Origin: Callorhinchus milii
Taxonomy: Eukaryota
DNA: 64,000 nt
NCBI RefSeq assembly: GCF_018977255.1
Contig: NW_024704742.1
Coordinates: 49,540,001 to 49,604,000, forward strand
Direction of reading: 5' to 3'
Positions 38,710 through 54,553 of this stretch are shown piece by piece. A program made the position numbers and the translations under genes. The notes beneath the pieces are model-generated. The model worked only from the letters and a program-made list of their open reading frames with translations, had not been told where the DNA came from and did not search any database. Each line of letters starts with the position of its first letter. The stretch's first letter is position 1.

Positions 38710-39100
38710 GGCATCATCTGTATCGATGCTTAAATTGATTTTGCGCTTACGCAGCAATGTAATGCATTGAAATAATGCAAACAAACATTTTCAATATTTG
38801 TTTGTCAATAAGTGTACGGACACAGTCTGAATAATGGAACAACAGATCAACAAAAATAAATTGTTCAAGAGGGCCTTTTGAAATACTTGCCAGTGTGAGA
38901 TGGAAAACAATTAACATATGCAACACTATAAATTAAGTGTCACCATTGCATATTTTGCAAAACTGCCAGAACAGTGTTTCAGAGATCACATTGCAGTGCT
39001 AAACCAAATTGAATTGGCACAATCTAAGAGGCACTTTGAGCAAGTGAGGCAGAGCAAGTCATAGCAATCAGAGGAGCTATTAAAACAAGCATAACAAAGC
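38710..39100 (+). mobile_element. Eroded PLE fossil, N-terminus
   Basis: MLKLILRL..KHFQYLFVNKC; LASVRWKTIN; KLPEQCF..ELAQ..EQVRQ..EELL. Confidence 0.45.
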
Positions 39101-39939
39101 ATTTTGGTGAAACTAAATCCACCAACAATTAACTACAGTCTCTTATTTGCATAGACTTCATGAAAAATACAATGATAAGCAGCTTCATTTCTAGAATTCT
39201 AGACAGCTGTAAAAAGAATGAATACACGCTTGCACAAAATGATCATGAAGGGAGAAAAAGTCTTCCAAAAACAAAGCGAGTGATATCAAAGGTGTCCCTG
39301 CATTGTTTCATCTAAGAGCTCCCAAATAGTTGAAAGAAGAAATATCATGTTGATGCAAAAGTACATTGAATGAAAGTGACCAATTGCTTTCATTCCGCCC
39401 CTTGTGGCTCTAATGATATAATAGTCCTTGTATTTGATATAACGCCTTATAATGTCTTCGGGTCATTTCAAAGTGCTTCACAGAACACCCTGTAAAGTGT
39501 CGTATTGTGAATTTTGTGGGTAAAATGCGGCAACCAATTGTGAACAGCAGTGTCCCACAAACAGTCATGGATTGAGTGACCACATTATTATTACTATTAT
39601 TTTAAAAGGATTACTACCTCTGGAAAAGCAGGAATTTTTTTTGGCAAAAATTCATTTTGGCAAGGAGAAAATAATTTGTTAACTGTGACCACTACAGGTA
39701 GAACCATGGTCTCTCCCAGTCACAGAGAAGAGAATAAGATTCCTTTCCATACTCTGGCAGAAGTGTAGATAGCAATCATGCAGACTCTGCACAAAGAAAC
39801 ATGTTTGGTACCACCGAGATGCTGGCAACATCACTTATCAATACCAAAACTGCATTGTCAGATTGACTATTCTTCGGATGAGACTTTAAATTGAGGTGTT
39901 AACTGCTTGTTTAGGTAGATGTTAAAGATCCCATGTGTT

Positions 39940-40310
39940 TCTCCTGCTGCACCTTGCCAACAATCCCCCATGATCTTCTACTTATGTCCACTTGTTACTG
40001 ACTCCTCAACCAGTGGAAATAATTTTTCTCTAATTACCCTAACAAAACCCCTCATGATTTTACACTCCTCAATCAGGTCCTCCTTCTGCTCCAAGGAAAA
40101 CAGGCACATTTCCTCCAGTCTCTCCTCATAATTGTAGCTCTTCATCCCAGAAATCATTCCTGTAAACCTCCTCTGCAACTCCTCAGAGGCCTTAAAATCC
40201 TTCCTGAAGTGAGGTGCCCAGAACTGGACACAATACTCCATCTGTGGGCTAACTGATAATTTATATAAATTTAGCATAACTTTTTTACTTTTATACTATT
40301 ATGCCCCTAC
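39940..40310 (-). mobile_element. CR1 LINE ORF2 C-terminal fragment
   Basis: LYK..VSPQMEYCVQFWAPHFRKD..ELQRRFT..YEERL..LFSLE. Confidence 0.9.
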
Positions 40311-41142
40311 ATAGTGTCAGTCTTCCTGACAAGGGCTGTGAAGTAGACTGTAGTATGTTGGGTTTGATACACAAACCCAAAGGGTCAAAGAATATAAAAG
40401 TAAAGCATAAAAGTAAATTGTTATCATTTTTGTTATTATTCCATGTAAATTGTTAATTTAAAAATTGCACCAATCAATTAAGAAAATATTTGTGAAGTTT
40501 AAATGCAGTACATGTGCGGTACATCAGTTAAAATGGAACACTAAGCTTGAGGCATCACAAAATAGCAGTCAATCTATTTATTTCAATATAATTTGCATAT
40601 ACCACATAACCTTGAAGGAAATGCGATTAGTACCCAATAACTCAATCCAAATGTCCATGTTGCACAATAAAACCCATTTCTAGCCACGGCCAGAGATCTG
40701 ATCACTAGCATGAGACTAATATGAATTTACAGATGTATTACTGCTGTCAACAGCTGGTGAGTAAACCATAGAGAGAAGTTAACTGGAGAGACTAATTCAT
40801 CAAAATTGGCACACAATCCTAATGATGTTAAGGGTGAAGTTACGCACTTGTCAAAAGAAAAAAACTGTCATGAAGCTGTCTAAGATGTCATTTTATGTCA
40901 AGAGCATTATTGTGTATAATTGACCGGTTTTGTTGTATAATATCAATAATAACAATATATACTCGTTCACCCTCAACACACTCAGTCATTATACTTTACA
41001 GTACAGCCTGTGAAGCGTTTTGGGCTTTCCTCTATATGTGAAAGGTGTTATGCCAAATGTAAGAATTATTATGATTATTATAGTCAGACATCTGTTTTCA
41101 TTGTGACTTGTGCCATGCATTTTCCAATGAGCAGAATGAGTT

Positions 41143-41358
41143 TCCCCGAGGCTCTGGAACTGCCTTCCTCACTCCCTTCGTCTCGCTCCTTCCCTTCCCA
41201 TTTTCAGGTCTCTGCTGAAGACCTTTCTTTTCGACTGCGCCTTTGGTCACCTTCCCACCCCTCCCCCGGCTCGGTCCCGGGATCCGTTACTGTGAAGCAC
41301 TCTGAGACGCCGTCCGGCGTGGAGGGCGCTATATAAATCCAAGTTGTTGTTGTTGTTT
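41143..41358 (+). mobile_element. L2 3' end (third tail subtype)
   Basis: GAGACGCCGTCCGGCGTGGAGGGCGCTATATAAATCCAAG(TTG)n. Confidence 0.88.
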
Positions 41359-41991
41359 CCCAGTAAGGCAGACACGTTTTCACCCATGAGTTGGTCAATG
41401 GGATTCCAGTTGGAAAAGTTAGTATTTCAGGTGATTAAGAAAATCCATTTTTTTCAAGACAGAGAATAATGTTGTCCAATAATGATGAAAAGTTGGATAG
41501 GAATGGGGAAGGTAGGAATCACAATTCTACATTCAAAAAAGTACAATTTAGGCTGTAGCAAAGTTCCAGAGAACCTGGTTGGTGAGGGCAGGCAGCAACT
41601 TTGAAGTGTGAAACTCACAGAGCTCTGATAATAATAATAATCCTTGCAGGTCCTCTCGCTTGCGAGGCGAGTGCTCTAACCACTAAACTACAGGACTCTG
41701 ATGGTGACTATTTGTTACATTTTAAAATGAGTTCAGAATGAAAACCTGGAACATTGCTTTCAGATAATAATAATAATAATCTCTACATTTAATATAGCGC
41801 TTAAACATTTGGAGGACGTCTCAAAGCAATTCACATGATACACTAAAAAACTACTGTGGTAGCCAATTTGCACACAACAGTAAAACTTTGTACATTTCAT
41901 CCAAAGGACAGCACCTCCAATAATGCAACACACCCCAACACTTTATTGGAATGTAATCCTAGAATCATAATTTAAATATCCATGAACTCAC

Positions 41992-42022
<31 letters not shown>

Positions 42023-45000
42023 GACTGACCCCGGCTGACACACATCAAGGCAACAGGACAAGAGGGCACAGGTTCAAGGACCTGATGGTAAGTTAAGGAT
42101 AAACAACTGGAAGTATTTCTAAACTCAGTAGGTAATTCACAGGTGGAAAAAGTTACCAGAAAGGTTGATTGAGATCAAGATTTGAGCAACAAAAGCTTTA
42201 AGGGATATGGGATGAGAACTGGAAAAAGGATTAATAAAAAGAAACAAGAAAAACAAGAAGTAGATAGCAGGCACACACACACGGGCCAAATAGCTCCTGT
42301 CATAAAATGTTTATGTTCTTGTTAGTCATTACCACTTTTGTTCATTTTCTAATAATCCTGAGAATATGCCTCCCTTGTCACCATTCCCCAACTAAAGGAA
42401 ATAGTTTCCCTGTTTATAAGTGCATCTGCTAATTTGATGATCTTATTGGCATAGATCTCTTGTTGTGGAACAGAGGGAAGTATGGTGTAAGAGTAAAATA
42501 TTCCCTTTGTTTACACAAATGGTCAGGAGACACAATGCCAATGCATTTTAGGAAGAAAAGCCTGATCAGGAAATTGAGGACCATTCTCTGATCAATGGTA
42601 AATTTATAGACCTTGGTGGGTAGGTGCACCCTATTTTCTCTGTTGGTCAGGGTCAATAAATTTGTCAACCCCATGAAGTTGGAATGCAAATCTTGTTAAC
42701 TGAAGGAGCATGAGATAGACCAGCAGTAAATCAAGAAGGAGCATAAGACAGAACAACAAGAATTTGCATTTATATACGCCCTTCACGTGGGGTAGCATCC
42801 GGAGCAGAGACAAAGCAGAGGAGCTGTGAATTAGTCCATACATACAATAATAATATTGAATTAGATTACAGTAAAAAACACTTGCTAAAGTTTTATTTTG
42901 CATTACAAGTCCATGAACCCACAACCTCTGGCTTAGAGGCAAGAGTGTTACAACATTTTGAAATGCAGTTATTCAATTGTTATGTGATTCATGAGATTTT
43001 CAGTATCTGTAATAAAACATTAGTGAATGAGTCAACGAACACAGAACTCCCTGGAGAGAGGTCTAAGGGTTAATTGAGGAATTATCATGCTACCCCAATA
43101 CACAGTATCCTTGATATTTCTGCATCACTGCTGGCACCATTATAAATCTATCCTAACAAACCCGATTAATCTTTCCACCTTTTCCACTTATGGCAATTGA
43201 AGCTTTATGCTTTGCCTCGTAGCTCTAAGTCATAACTTTATTTGCAATGGGAATGTGCAAAGACATGGACCAATAACCCTGAGACTGTGTGAGTAATTTA
43301 ATCAATGTTCTAAATATTGAATAGGATCGTGACCTGACAGGAAAACTTTCTCAACTCGCAGAGCAGGTGTTTCACTGAAGAAATCTATTTCAACGTCCAG
43401 TTGATAGCGTTTTTCTTAGACAAAACTGCTTTTAATTGCTGTATTTTGTGTCTCATATGAAGTCAAAAAATACAGTGAGGAACTACATTACTATGGTTTC
43501 ATTGTGCTTCTTCTTGGTGTCTGGTTTAGTATGATTATCTCTTAATTAGAATTAACTCTAAATAAACCAGTCTATAACCCACTGCCCCATGCTGTAATGT
43601 CTGCTTTATGAAAGATTTGATAAGGTGAATAGACTACACCTGATACAGAATATACAATATGGTTTGCTGCTTGTTCAGGTCACAAATGTCTTTAAGGTCA
43701 GAGTGCAAACCAATAACAGGACTCTAGATGATAGGGGATAATAAAGTCCAACTTGGGAGATCAACTGTAACTTTCACAAGAGAAATAGTGTTTTTTATAA
43801 CAATGTAAATATAAAAATAAATGGTAGCTGAAATGTAAAATGAACTCACTAATTTAGTTCCCATTTTCTACAGTTAACATAATTTATACCATTTGGAATG
43901 AATAAAACCACTCTGAGTATGAACTAGAAGGAAAGAAATGTATTGCTAGTTATAATACAGAAGGCAGGTTCAGGATCATCAGTGGATTATCTGGTTAGTC
44001 TATTTTCCTTTTGTCAATCTTTGGATGCATTGCTGAGAACTAGGGATGCCTTTATATCAGAACGAATTGTGTTTGCACAGCCTTAAATGGTAAAGCACTG
44101 ATCCATTCTGATATAATGGTAACCCTCTTGTTTGCTTGCAAAAATGCAACCATTACACTTTACAGTAAATACTATGAAGTACATTGAGACGTCCTCCCAA
44201 CGTGAAAGGCGCTATACCAAATACAAGGTTTATTAATTCTATTTGGAACCAAATAGCATTTGCACAAGAACGGCAAAAGCGGGAGCTTATATACAATGAA
44301 GCACCAAAAAAGCACTGAAACTATGGAAGAATCTAAAATAATTATCAATTATGCTTGCATTGTTCAAAATACAATCTCCTGTAATATTATGCAGGTTCTG
44401 AGTATGTGATTCCTAATTGCTCTTTCACTGTACAAACGGCTGGATCTAGTTTCTAAAGTAATCCTTCACTCTATCTGACATAAACTGCTGTTAAAAGCAA
44501 TTATGGACATGACAGGAAAGATAATATTACATTTCTCTGGTCTAATGGACCAATTAGCATAATTTAGAAATATAGCTTTTATAGTTTTGACTAGGATGAA
44601 CATCTAAATATGATTTTAAAGATTCATCTCCTTCTTTCAAACTTTGCAGCTCCTGTATGCTTTTCCCAAGTGAACCCTGAATGACATTAGAAAGACGTAT
44701 TTGCTTTCAGTACTTTTGTCCTGATTGAATCTATGCTTTCTCAATCATTTTCCGAATCCAGCATAGCAATTTGGAAACTCCAGCATACTTCAATCACTCT
44801 TTTTTTTTCAAAACTTATAAAATGTAATCAAATGTTGGTGTGCTCTGGCCTGTCATCCATTTATATTCTGCACCAAAAACTTAACAAAAGAGTTTCAGTA
44901 TGCCCCTGCTTCTGGGATAATTCTCTTCAATTTCTTTATAGGCTCAATCAAACTTTTCTAGAGTCACAGAATAAACATAATTAATGTGAGGCAATAATAA

Positions 45001-48000
45001 TGGATAATTGCATTATTATTGCATTACGTAATTGAACAACATTTAGCTTTAGTGGTTTACATTAAAAGTGGTGTTGGGTTCATTCAGTTTGGAATCAGGA
45101 CTGCTTAAGACATAGAGAGCAGATTGTTCCATTCATTCAATAAGTGATATGTAAGACCACAAATATACAGTCAATTCACTTTACAGTATATTCTGTGAAG
45201 CACTTTGAGACGTCTAGAAGACGTGAAAAGCGCTATATCAAATGCAAGGATTATTATTATAATATTATAAGACAAAGCTATTCTATTTTTATCATGACTC
45301 TGCCACAAACAGTGCAAACGGCATAATCAGGAATGCAACTCCTCTATTCCTCTCTGACAACATGCATCAAAGTAAAACAGTCTTTCATTTCTGAATTTAT
45401 TTAAACAGATTTTGTTAAATGACGAAGTCAATGCTTGTTCAGCACATCCTGTAGACTGAACAGCGCAGATACACAGAAGGTAATCAACAACTAGTATAGG
45501 ATGCCAGGAAAGGTGGTAGAGGTTAGGACACTAGACCCAATTTTAAAAGCAGCTTGATGCAGTATGAGGCGATGGTGGGGTGGGTGTTCTGAAGGGATGA
45601 GATTGGATGGGCTGAAGAGCCTTCTTCATCCACACTCATCTTGTCATCTTATGATCTTGCGATCCCTGTTTAATACTGCAATGGAACAACTCGTACACCT
45701 TGCACATTTGTGTCAAGCTCTTTACCCTGTATGAAGGGTGCTGTTTTAGTGCAATTGTTGTTCTTGATGTTACACTCCTACCCCTACCCTCCCTCCCTCC
45801 TGAACCTAACCCCCAGCTCGAGTGCTCATCCTTGACTGTCCAGGGCTTTGGGACGTGCTCCTGAAAACACTGTTTTGTACATACAAATATACAAATATTT
45901 GCTATACAAATGTAATTTGTCGTTGTTGACTTTCTGACAACACACAGTCACTAATTACACTTTACCAAAAATTATGTGAACCACTTTGAATTGTTTTGAC
46001 ATAAGATGTTACATCAAAAGCAAGAAATATCATTATTAGTTACCCAAAATTGTCAGCCATGCTATTCCACGCTGACTCTGCATTCCACAGACACAAGTCG
46101 CCACAACACAAGAACCATAATATTCCATGGAATATTCCATCTGCCATAACTGACATTTTCTTATAACATCCAATAGCTAATTCTGCAGTTATCTGAAGGA
46201 GACACAAAACCTCTGTGAGCCAAGTACAGCTTCAGTCTAGGTGACACAAAAACAGTTGGAAGTATTAAAATAAATGTCCCATAAAATATATTTATTGAAT
46301 CCTGCTAGTGTTATTGGAATTACAGTTTGACAGTGCCAGAATGAAACCTTGTCAATCCAATTGGCATCATTGTGTGATAATGCTGGAACAAACTCAATCA
46401 CCACTGTTTAGTTGTCACTTCACTGTTTTATAGTTGTTATAATGACTGTTCGAGTGGTTTTATACTGCATTACAGGATCTTGAGCTGATCAAAGAATTGG
46501 ATATTCTTTGAACTTTATTCCAGGATCAAACATGGCAGAATATTCATTGGCTCATAATACAGTAATAATGCCTGTACTAATATGCAAGGTCAAGAACTTT
46601 AAGATATCCTCCCCACATGTGAGGCTCTATATAAATATAAATTTTATTATCTTGTATAGTCGCATAATTAAGCAGAATGCACTGAACGAGGTTGGAGAAG
46701 TGATTTCTCCAGAAAATTCACAATTCACTTCATGGTCGTTTATGGGACATTACTGTGTACAAATTAGCTACCACAGCCACCTACAAAATACAGTGACTAC
46801 ACATTACATTAAATTCTGTGTAACACTTTGAGAAGTTCTCCTGACGTGAAAGCCACTATATAAAGTGTAAGGTTTTTTTTTACTAATATACAAACTATTA
46901 CAATTAGCTTTTAGAGAAGACATCAGGTGAATCAGCTCCCTTGTAGTTCTAAGCTGCTGTTGATTATTTGTAATGTGCAATATCATGAAGCTTATACAAA
47001 GAAAGCAGTACAAGTGAAATATACATTTGATTGAAGTATCTCTCTTGCTGCAATACCAGTGTTTGAAATAGATAATTGCATTCTGGACCAAATAACTCCT
47101 TACTGTTTCTTGTCAGAACGTCTCTATTTCAAAGAAGTACTGGAAGGGTCCAATTTATCTCTCGTAGCACAGTATAATGATAACAGATAATCCAGTCAAA
47201 GGCTTGGAAAAGACTGCATGCCCGTCTGAAATGACTACATGGGCTCCCTTGAATCCTTTTCTGAAGTGGAAGATTGCAGAAAAAGACCTCTACTCAAATA
47301 GGGCACAGATTTTCCCTTTAGTGTAAATTATCAAAAACTATATTAACTGCTCATGGTGCAGTTTACCTTTTTCTAGTTTATTCTATAGTATTACATCTAA
47401 AGTCCTTTTTTTTCGTTATAATAAACAAAAGTTAGTCGTTGTAATTATTTGGAAAACTGTTGGTTTGTGAAATATTTGCCATTCCAGTAGTGTGTGTCAC
47501 AAGGATCCAGTAGCAACTCACTAGAAGGAAGTTTGCTGCATTATTAGCCCAGGAACCATCCCTGTTCTGAAACAGTGTAATCTAAGTGGATGGAGATCTA
47601 TTTTGTGGGGGTGGGGGGAAGTAAGAGGGAATCTGCTTATGCTGCTTGTACTGCTGGTTCATGAATCTAAACTTGCCAACATTCTATAAGTTACCTTTTC
47701 TCCCCTTTTCCCAATTTGGACTGTCTTGTACCGTGCACCTTCCATGGCTCAGGGATTAAATGAACACCTAGAAAGTCATTTAGGTGGAACCCATTTCTTG
47801 ATTTTCTGTGAAAGCCTCCCAGATCGAGCAATGCCAGTGAATGTTGTACAGGAATCAGGTCCTTTGGGGTTTTGGGACTTTCAGCACTTTGGGACGTCCT
47901 CCCGACGTGAAAGGATCTCTACAAATGTAATTTTGTTGTTGTATTTTGTTGTTGTGGTTGTCTGTTCATCCGGAAAATCAGGACTTAGTCTACTCAGTCT

Positions 48001-48077
48001 ACCAGTACACTCCCAGGTGATCACTAATATGATTCTGAAGCTGACCATTCACTTCTGCACTGCCTTGTGACCCTATT

Positions 48078-48393
48078 GGGTCTTGTAGCTCAGTAGTTAG
48101 AGCACTCGCCTTGCAAGCGAGACACCTGGGTTCAATTCCAGGCAGGGCGAAACCTTGGATAAGTTTCCTTATTCCACACGCCTAATAATAATCCCCCCCA
48201 AAACAAAAACAATAATAAATTGGTCACTTCAATCCATGACTGTTTGTGAGATACAACTGTGTGCAATTGACTGCCGCGTTTCGCCCACAAATGTACAGTC
48301 AATTCACTTTACAATCTATTCTGTGAAGCGCTTTGAGATGTTGAAAAGACGTGAAAAGCGCTATATCAAATGCAAGGATTATTATATTATTAT
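48078..48393 (+). mobile_element. Same SINE, short form
   Basis: Full head, body and tail. Confidence 0.92.
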
Positions 48394-48458
48394 TTTGCAG
48401 TCGCTACTAGAATTGTAGGAATTACTTGAGGTACAGGCTGGCAGCAGATTTGTGAGCA

Positions 48459-48605
48459 ATTTAGCTCCAAAATCTCCAAATTTAACTCCTAAATCTTCAA
48501 ATTTAGCTTCCAAATGTACAAATTAAATACTAAATCTGCAAGTTTAATCACTAGTCTCCAAAGTAAATCTTAAATCTACAAAAATAACTTCCAAATTTAC
48601 AAACA
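48459..48605. repeat. Degenerate ~21-bp minisatellite (TTTAACTCCTAAATCTCCAAA-like), ~7 units
   Basis: Periodicity seen directly. Confidence 0.75.
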
Positions 48606-49224
48606 TATTCATTACATTTTCTAAGTTAACTACCAACCTTTAAACCAACCACAAAACTCATACTTTAATTACCCATCATATTGTGAAATTTATCAAGCAA
48701 GATATATCATGTATGATTCAATTAATTAAATCCAAATGATTATTTTGAAGTTTCAGTGGATTCAAGCATTTAATCATTTATGATGAGACTAATTTTAGTA
48801 CAAGCATTAATAGATTTAGAGATGTATAATACAATGTGGATGCTATTTATAATATAAAAAATATTATACCACAAGAAGCATATTGAAGCATATTACAGTA
48901 TTGCAATGGAGTTACACCAGTACGAGACAATCACATGTGCTTGTAGGATAGGGAAACTGCTAACTATACTTTACACCAATGTCACCCTTTGGAATCACTT
49001 TGTAGCTCCCTCTCATCTCTCAGTGTGTCTTAAACTGAGGCATAAGAGATGGCATAAACAGATCAAAACTCATTTGTATTTTATTTCACAATGAAATTGA
49101 ATTTTAGAGTCATCTAAGCTGAGAAACAATCTATTTAAATAAATTACAACAAACATTAGTTTGAAAAATGGTTTTAAAGCACGCTGGCTCCCAACAATTG
49201 AAAAATTAGCCCCCAAATTAATAT

Positions 49225-49592
49225 AAGTAATAATAATCTTTGATATAGTGCCTTATCGCGTCTTCGAGACATTTCAAAACGCTTCACAGAATATACTGTA
49301 AAGTGAACTGACTGTATATTTTGTAGGTAAAATGCGGCAGCCAATTGCACACAGCAGTGTCCCACAAACAGTCGTGCATTGAGTGACCAAATTATTTTTA
49401 TTTATTTTGAAGCAATTATTACTCCTATAAAAGCGATTCGCCAATCGACTAACAACCGGATTCCTACTTACTGCTCGGTAAACAGAGGCGTGTGGAGGAA
49501 GGAAACTTGCCCAACATTTCGCCCTGCCGGAAATTGAACCCAGGTCTCTCACTTGCGAGGCGAGTGCTCCAACCACTGATCTACAGGACTCC
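49225..49592 (-). mobile_element. Same SINE, long form
   Basis: Contains the extra internal block. Confidence 0.92.
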
Positions 49593-49607
49593 AAGGAATG
49601 TTACCCT

Positions 49608-49930
49608 TTAAAGTTTAACATAGTTAACAAATCTAGAACAAGTTGACATGGAATCAAGCTTAGAAGAGAGGTCACACAGCTCAGACTCAATTATTTTGCA
49701 CAGATAGCAATGAATATGTGAAATAGACCAAGGCAACGATGATAAAGGTGACCCGTCATCAAAGCCTTGGGAGGCTAGACCTCTCTCACTGATTCTATTC
49801 ATTCTGTCGTGATGGAATCCCATTCCCTCTGTCAGGATAGTCAATGGTACTGGGCATCTAACTGTGCAGATGTGCACATTTGCTAGTCACTAGGGATGTA
49901 ATATACTTGCACTGTGGAGCTAAATTATGT
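49608..49930 (-). mobile_element. Eroded PLE reverse transcriptase core
   Basis: KYITSLVTS (A), SQGFDDGSPLSSL (B; cf. G.AMGSPLSP), SRFVNYV (C; cf. RYVDD), in order. Confidence 0.5.
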
Positions 49931-51694
49931 TCTTTGTGATCTCATGTCTTCAGTGATCTCACGCCCACTTTGCAAATGTATTTTTTTTGTTAGGTAGCAT
50001 AAAGGTACGTATTGATATTTTGAACAAAAAATGGATAATGATTTTTTTTGGTCAGCCAGGTGTCTAATATGTGAGGAAATCCACTTCCATGCTTAAGAGC
50101 ATCCAAACCAAGCTGAGATTTCCATCCATCCCACCTACACTGGAAACTCAGAGATAGATTGTTGGAATGCTATGCCCACTCTCTCCCTGGAGGGGCACAT
50201 CCTGCTTACCTAATTCTGGGAAGTATTAGACCATGAGATGGAATAGACACAGAGATGAAGAAAATCATAGAAAGAGAGTCATACAGTCAGAGAGATTCAA
50301 AGAGAGAAATAGAACCAAAAGTAGTGGCTAGATTTACCGCAGTTCTTCACCATGTATCCTTTATATGTATTTTACTGTGTGAAGAACGTACAGGCATTTG
50401 GGCTTTAAAAATCTTCATGCATGAAGAATCTGCTTGCATGCTGCGTTGCAATAGAGTGAGCCTCGGCTCTACAGCATCTGTTTACGACCAGACCCAAGTT
50501 ATTTCCAATAGTATTACTGGTGCGTTCGTGCTTGCGCTGATCGGTGGCTCACACACAAAAATCTCTCTGTGTCACCTTGTTATAATAATAATAATAATAA
50601 TAATAATCCTTGCTAAAACCACAATGAAAAGCGAAGCAAATAGACACATCCAAACAGCCGCAAACCTGAGAAAGCAGACTGAATTAAGTGTGCTGACTCC
50701 GATGCAGGTTTAAAGGACTCTGAGAATTCTTTGCAATTTGAAAGTGCACTGACTCAAAAAATCCAGGTGTGCAGGTTTGCAAAGTTAAATAATTGGGGTC
50801 ATCCAAAATCCACACGAGGTTTCCTGGTTGTGAGTTTCTAAGTGTTTCATACCAGCCTGTCTGTCCCCTCTCCCCTCACCCAGCCTGGCTGGTGTGTGTG
50901 TGTGTGTGTGTGTGTGTCTGTCTGCTGTAACAGAAGCCAGAAGTAATAATGCAATGACATTGCAACCACTTTAATGTTTTAAAGTGCTGCTCTGACTGAC
51001 GCCCAAAGTGTCCCGCGGACCTCGCTTCCCATTACAAGTCCCGTGAATGCGGTGTTTCATGATGAAAACTTTTTTTTTTGCAGAGTGTGCAAACTGTATT
51101 TAGATCAAACGACCTTCTATGTGTTGAATGTCGTCCCAGTGTTATAAAAGAGGGGAACATTGATCTGTGTGCGGTGTGAACACGGTGTGTGCTCTGATAG
51201 TGATACACAACACACTGAAATGCTTACAGCACTCAGCTGGAGTTACCCAGTGCTGAGACCATCCACCTCGTAAATGCTGTATCTGTGCAAACTACTGAAC
51301 TGCTCGTCCCCCCCACCCCCCCCCCCCCCACCCCCCCCCCCCCCACCCCACCCCACCCCCACCCCATTTTAAACGGGTTTAGATGGACTAATGCATTCGG
51401 GAATCTGAGCCACAAGACAACATACTGCAACCGCAATGTTCAGATCTGCCCAGAGAGCTGGTGGTTCTGCGGATGGATCAAATCTCAGCTCATCACAGGA
51501 TGGTTGGTTTGCTCTGAGCTGCAGCTTCGGTGTTTCTAACGCTTTTTAGTGGCACAACAACGGATGAACAGTTCGCTCCTTAAAGAACCCGTAACCCTCA
51601 AAATAGCCCCGAGCCCAGGGGGCAAACAGCTGGGAACTTGGGCTTCCTGACAGAGGGGTTGGCACTCTGCTGACGTGAAGTCAAGGATGTTTCA

Positions 51695-52070
51695 CACCCC
51701 CCACCCCCCCCCCACCCCCCCACCCCCACCCACACACCCCCACCCCCACCCACACAGCCCCCCCCCAACCCCCCCACCCCCACCCCCCCACACCCCCCCC
51801 CCCCCCCCCCCCCCCCCCACCCCCCCACCCCCACCCCACACAACCCCATCCCACACCCCCATCCACACCCCCATCCACACCCCCATCAACACCCCCCACC
51901 CACACCCACCCCCACCCACACACACCCACACACCCCCCCCACCCCACCCACACAACCCCATCCACACCACCCCACCCCCATCCACACCCCACCCCCATCC
52001 ACACCCCACCCCACCACACCCACACAACCCCCACCACACACCCCCACATCCCACACCCCACACCCACCCA
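51695..52070. repeat. C/A-rich low-complexity tract (CCCCA/CCACA units); G-rich on KCTD8 sense strand
   Basis: Seen directly; a shorter similar tract lies at 51308..51366. Confidence 0.95.
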
Positions 52071-52223
52071 TTACTCCACTCCGGGTGGTTAAGATTTACA
52101 GTCGCTTCTTACAACTTATTTGACGATATTAGGAGTGGAGTGGAGTGGAGTGGAGAGGGGGGGAGTGGGGGAGGATGGGGAGGATGGGAGAGGACCCTTG
52201 TGGTTCAATACATATTATTATTT

Positions 52224-53652
<1,429 letters not shown>

Positions 53653-54063
53653 CAGATCTCAGCTCCCAGGAAAGAGTCTCCACATCACTCGCTCAAGTCA
53701 CTCACTCACTTGGGGGGGGGAAAAAAACACCTTCCCCCCTCCCCACACACACACACACAGACATACATACGTGTCAGCAGCTCCGATTGCACTGCGTGTT
53801 GTTGAGAGGGCGAAGAGGAAAAGGTGAGAAAGTGTGTGTGTGTGAGAGAGGGAGGGAAGGAGGGAGGGAAGAAAGGAGAGCAGTGGAGCATCTCTCAGGA
53901 TCATTACACAAGAGCCAGAGAGAGAGAGAGAGAGAGAGCCTGGGGAGCCTTCCTGACGTCCAACCCACTGCAGGGAGTGTACTATCCAAGTTTGGTCATA
54001 ACCCATCACAAAACTACTCAAGATTTAGCATTTACCATGTCAGTAATACACACACACACATCA

Positions 54064-54553
54064 TTGGGTCACTCAATCCACCACTGTTTGTGGGACACTA
54101 CTGTGCGCAATTGGTTGCAGCGTTTCGCCCACAAAATATACAGTCAATTCACTTTACAGTATATTATATAATAATAATATAATATATAATCCTTTACATT
54201 TGATATAGCGCTTTTCATATCTTCGAGACGTCTCAAAGCGCTGCACAGAACATACCGACTGCATATCTGTGGGCGAAACGCGGCAGCTAATTGCACGCAG
54301 CAGTGTCCCACGTGCCATCATGGACTGAAGTGACCAATTTATTATTGATTTTTTTTCTTGAGGGATTATTACCAGGTGTGTGGTTTAAGGAAACTTGCCT
54401 ATGCTTTTGCCCTGCTGGGAATCAAACCCAGGACTTCACTTGTGAGGCGACTGCTCTAACCACTGAGCTACAGGACTCATTCTGTGAAGCACTTTGAGAC
54501 GTCTCTATGACATGATAAGGTACTACATCAATTGCAAGGATTATTATTATTAT
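54064..54553. mobile_element. SINE-in-SINE: plus-strand copy split by a full minus-strand copy (54168..54478)
   Basis: Outer copy breaks at CAGTATATT and resumes ATTCTGTGAAGC at 54479. Confidence 0.88.
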
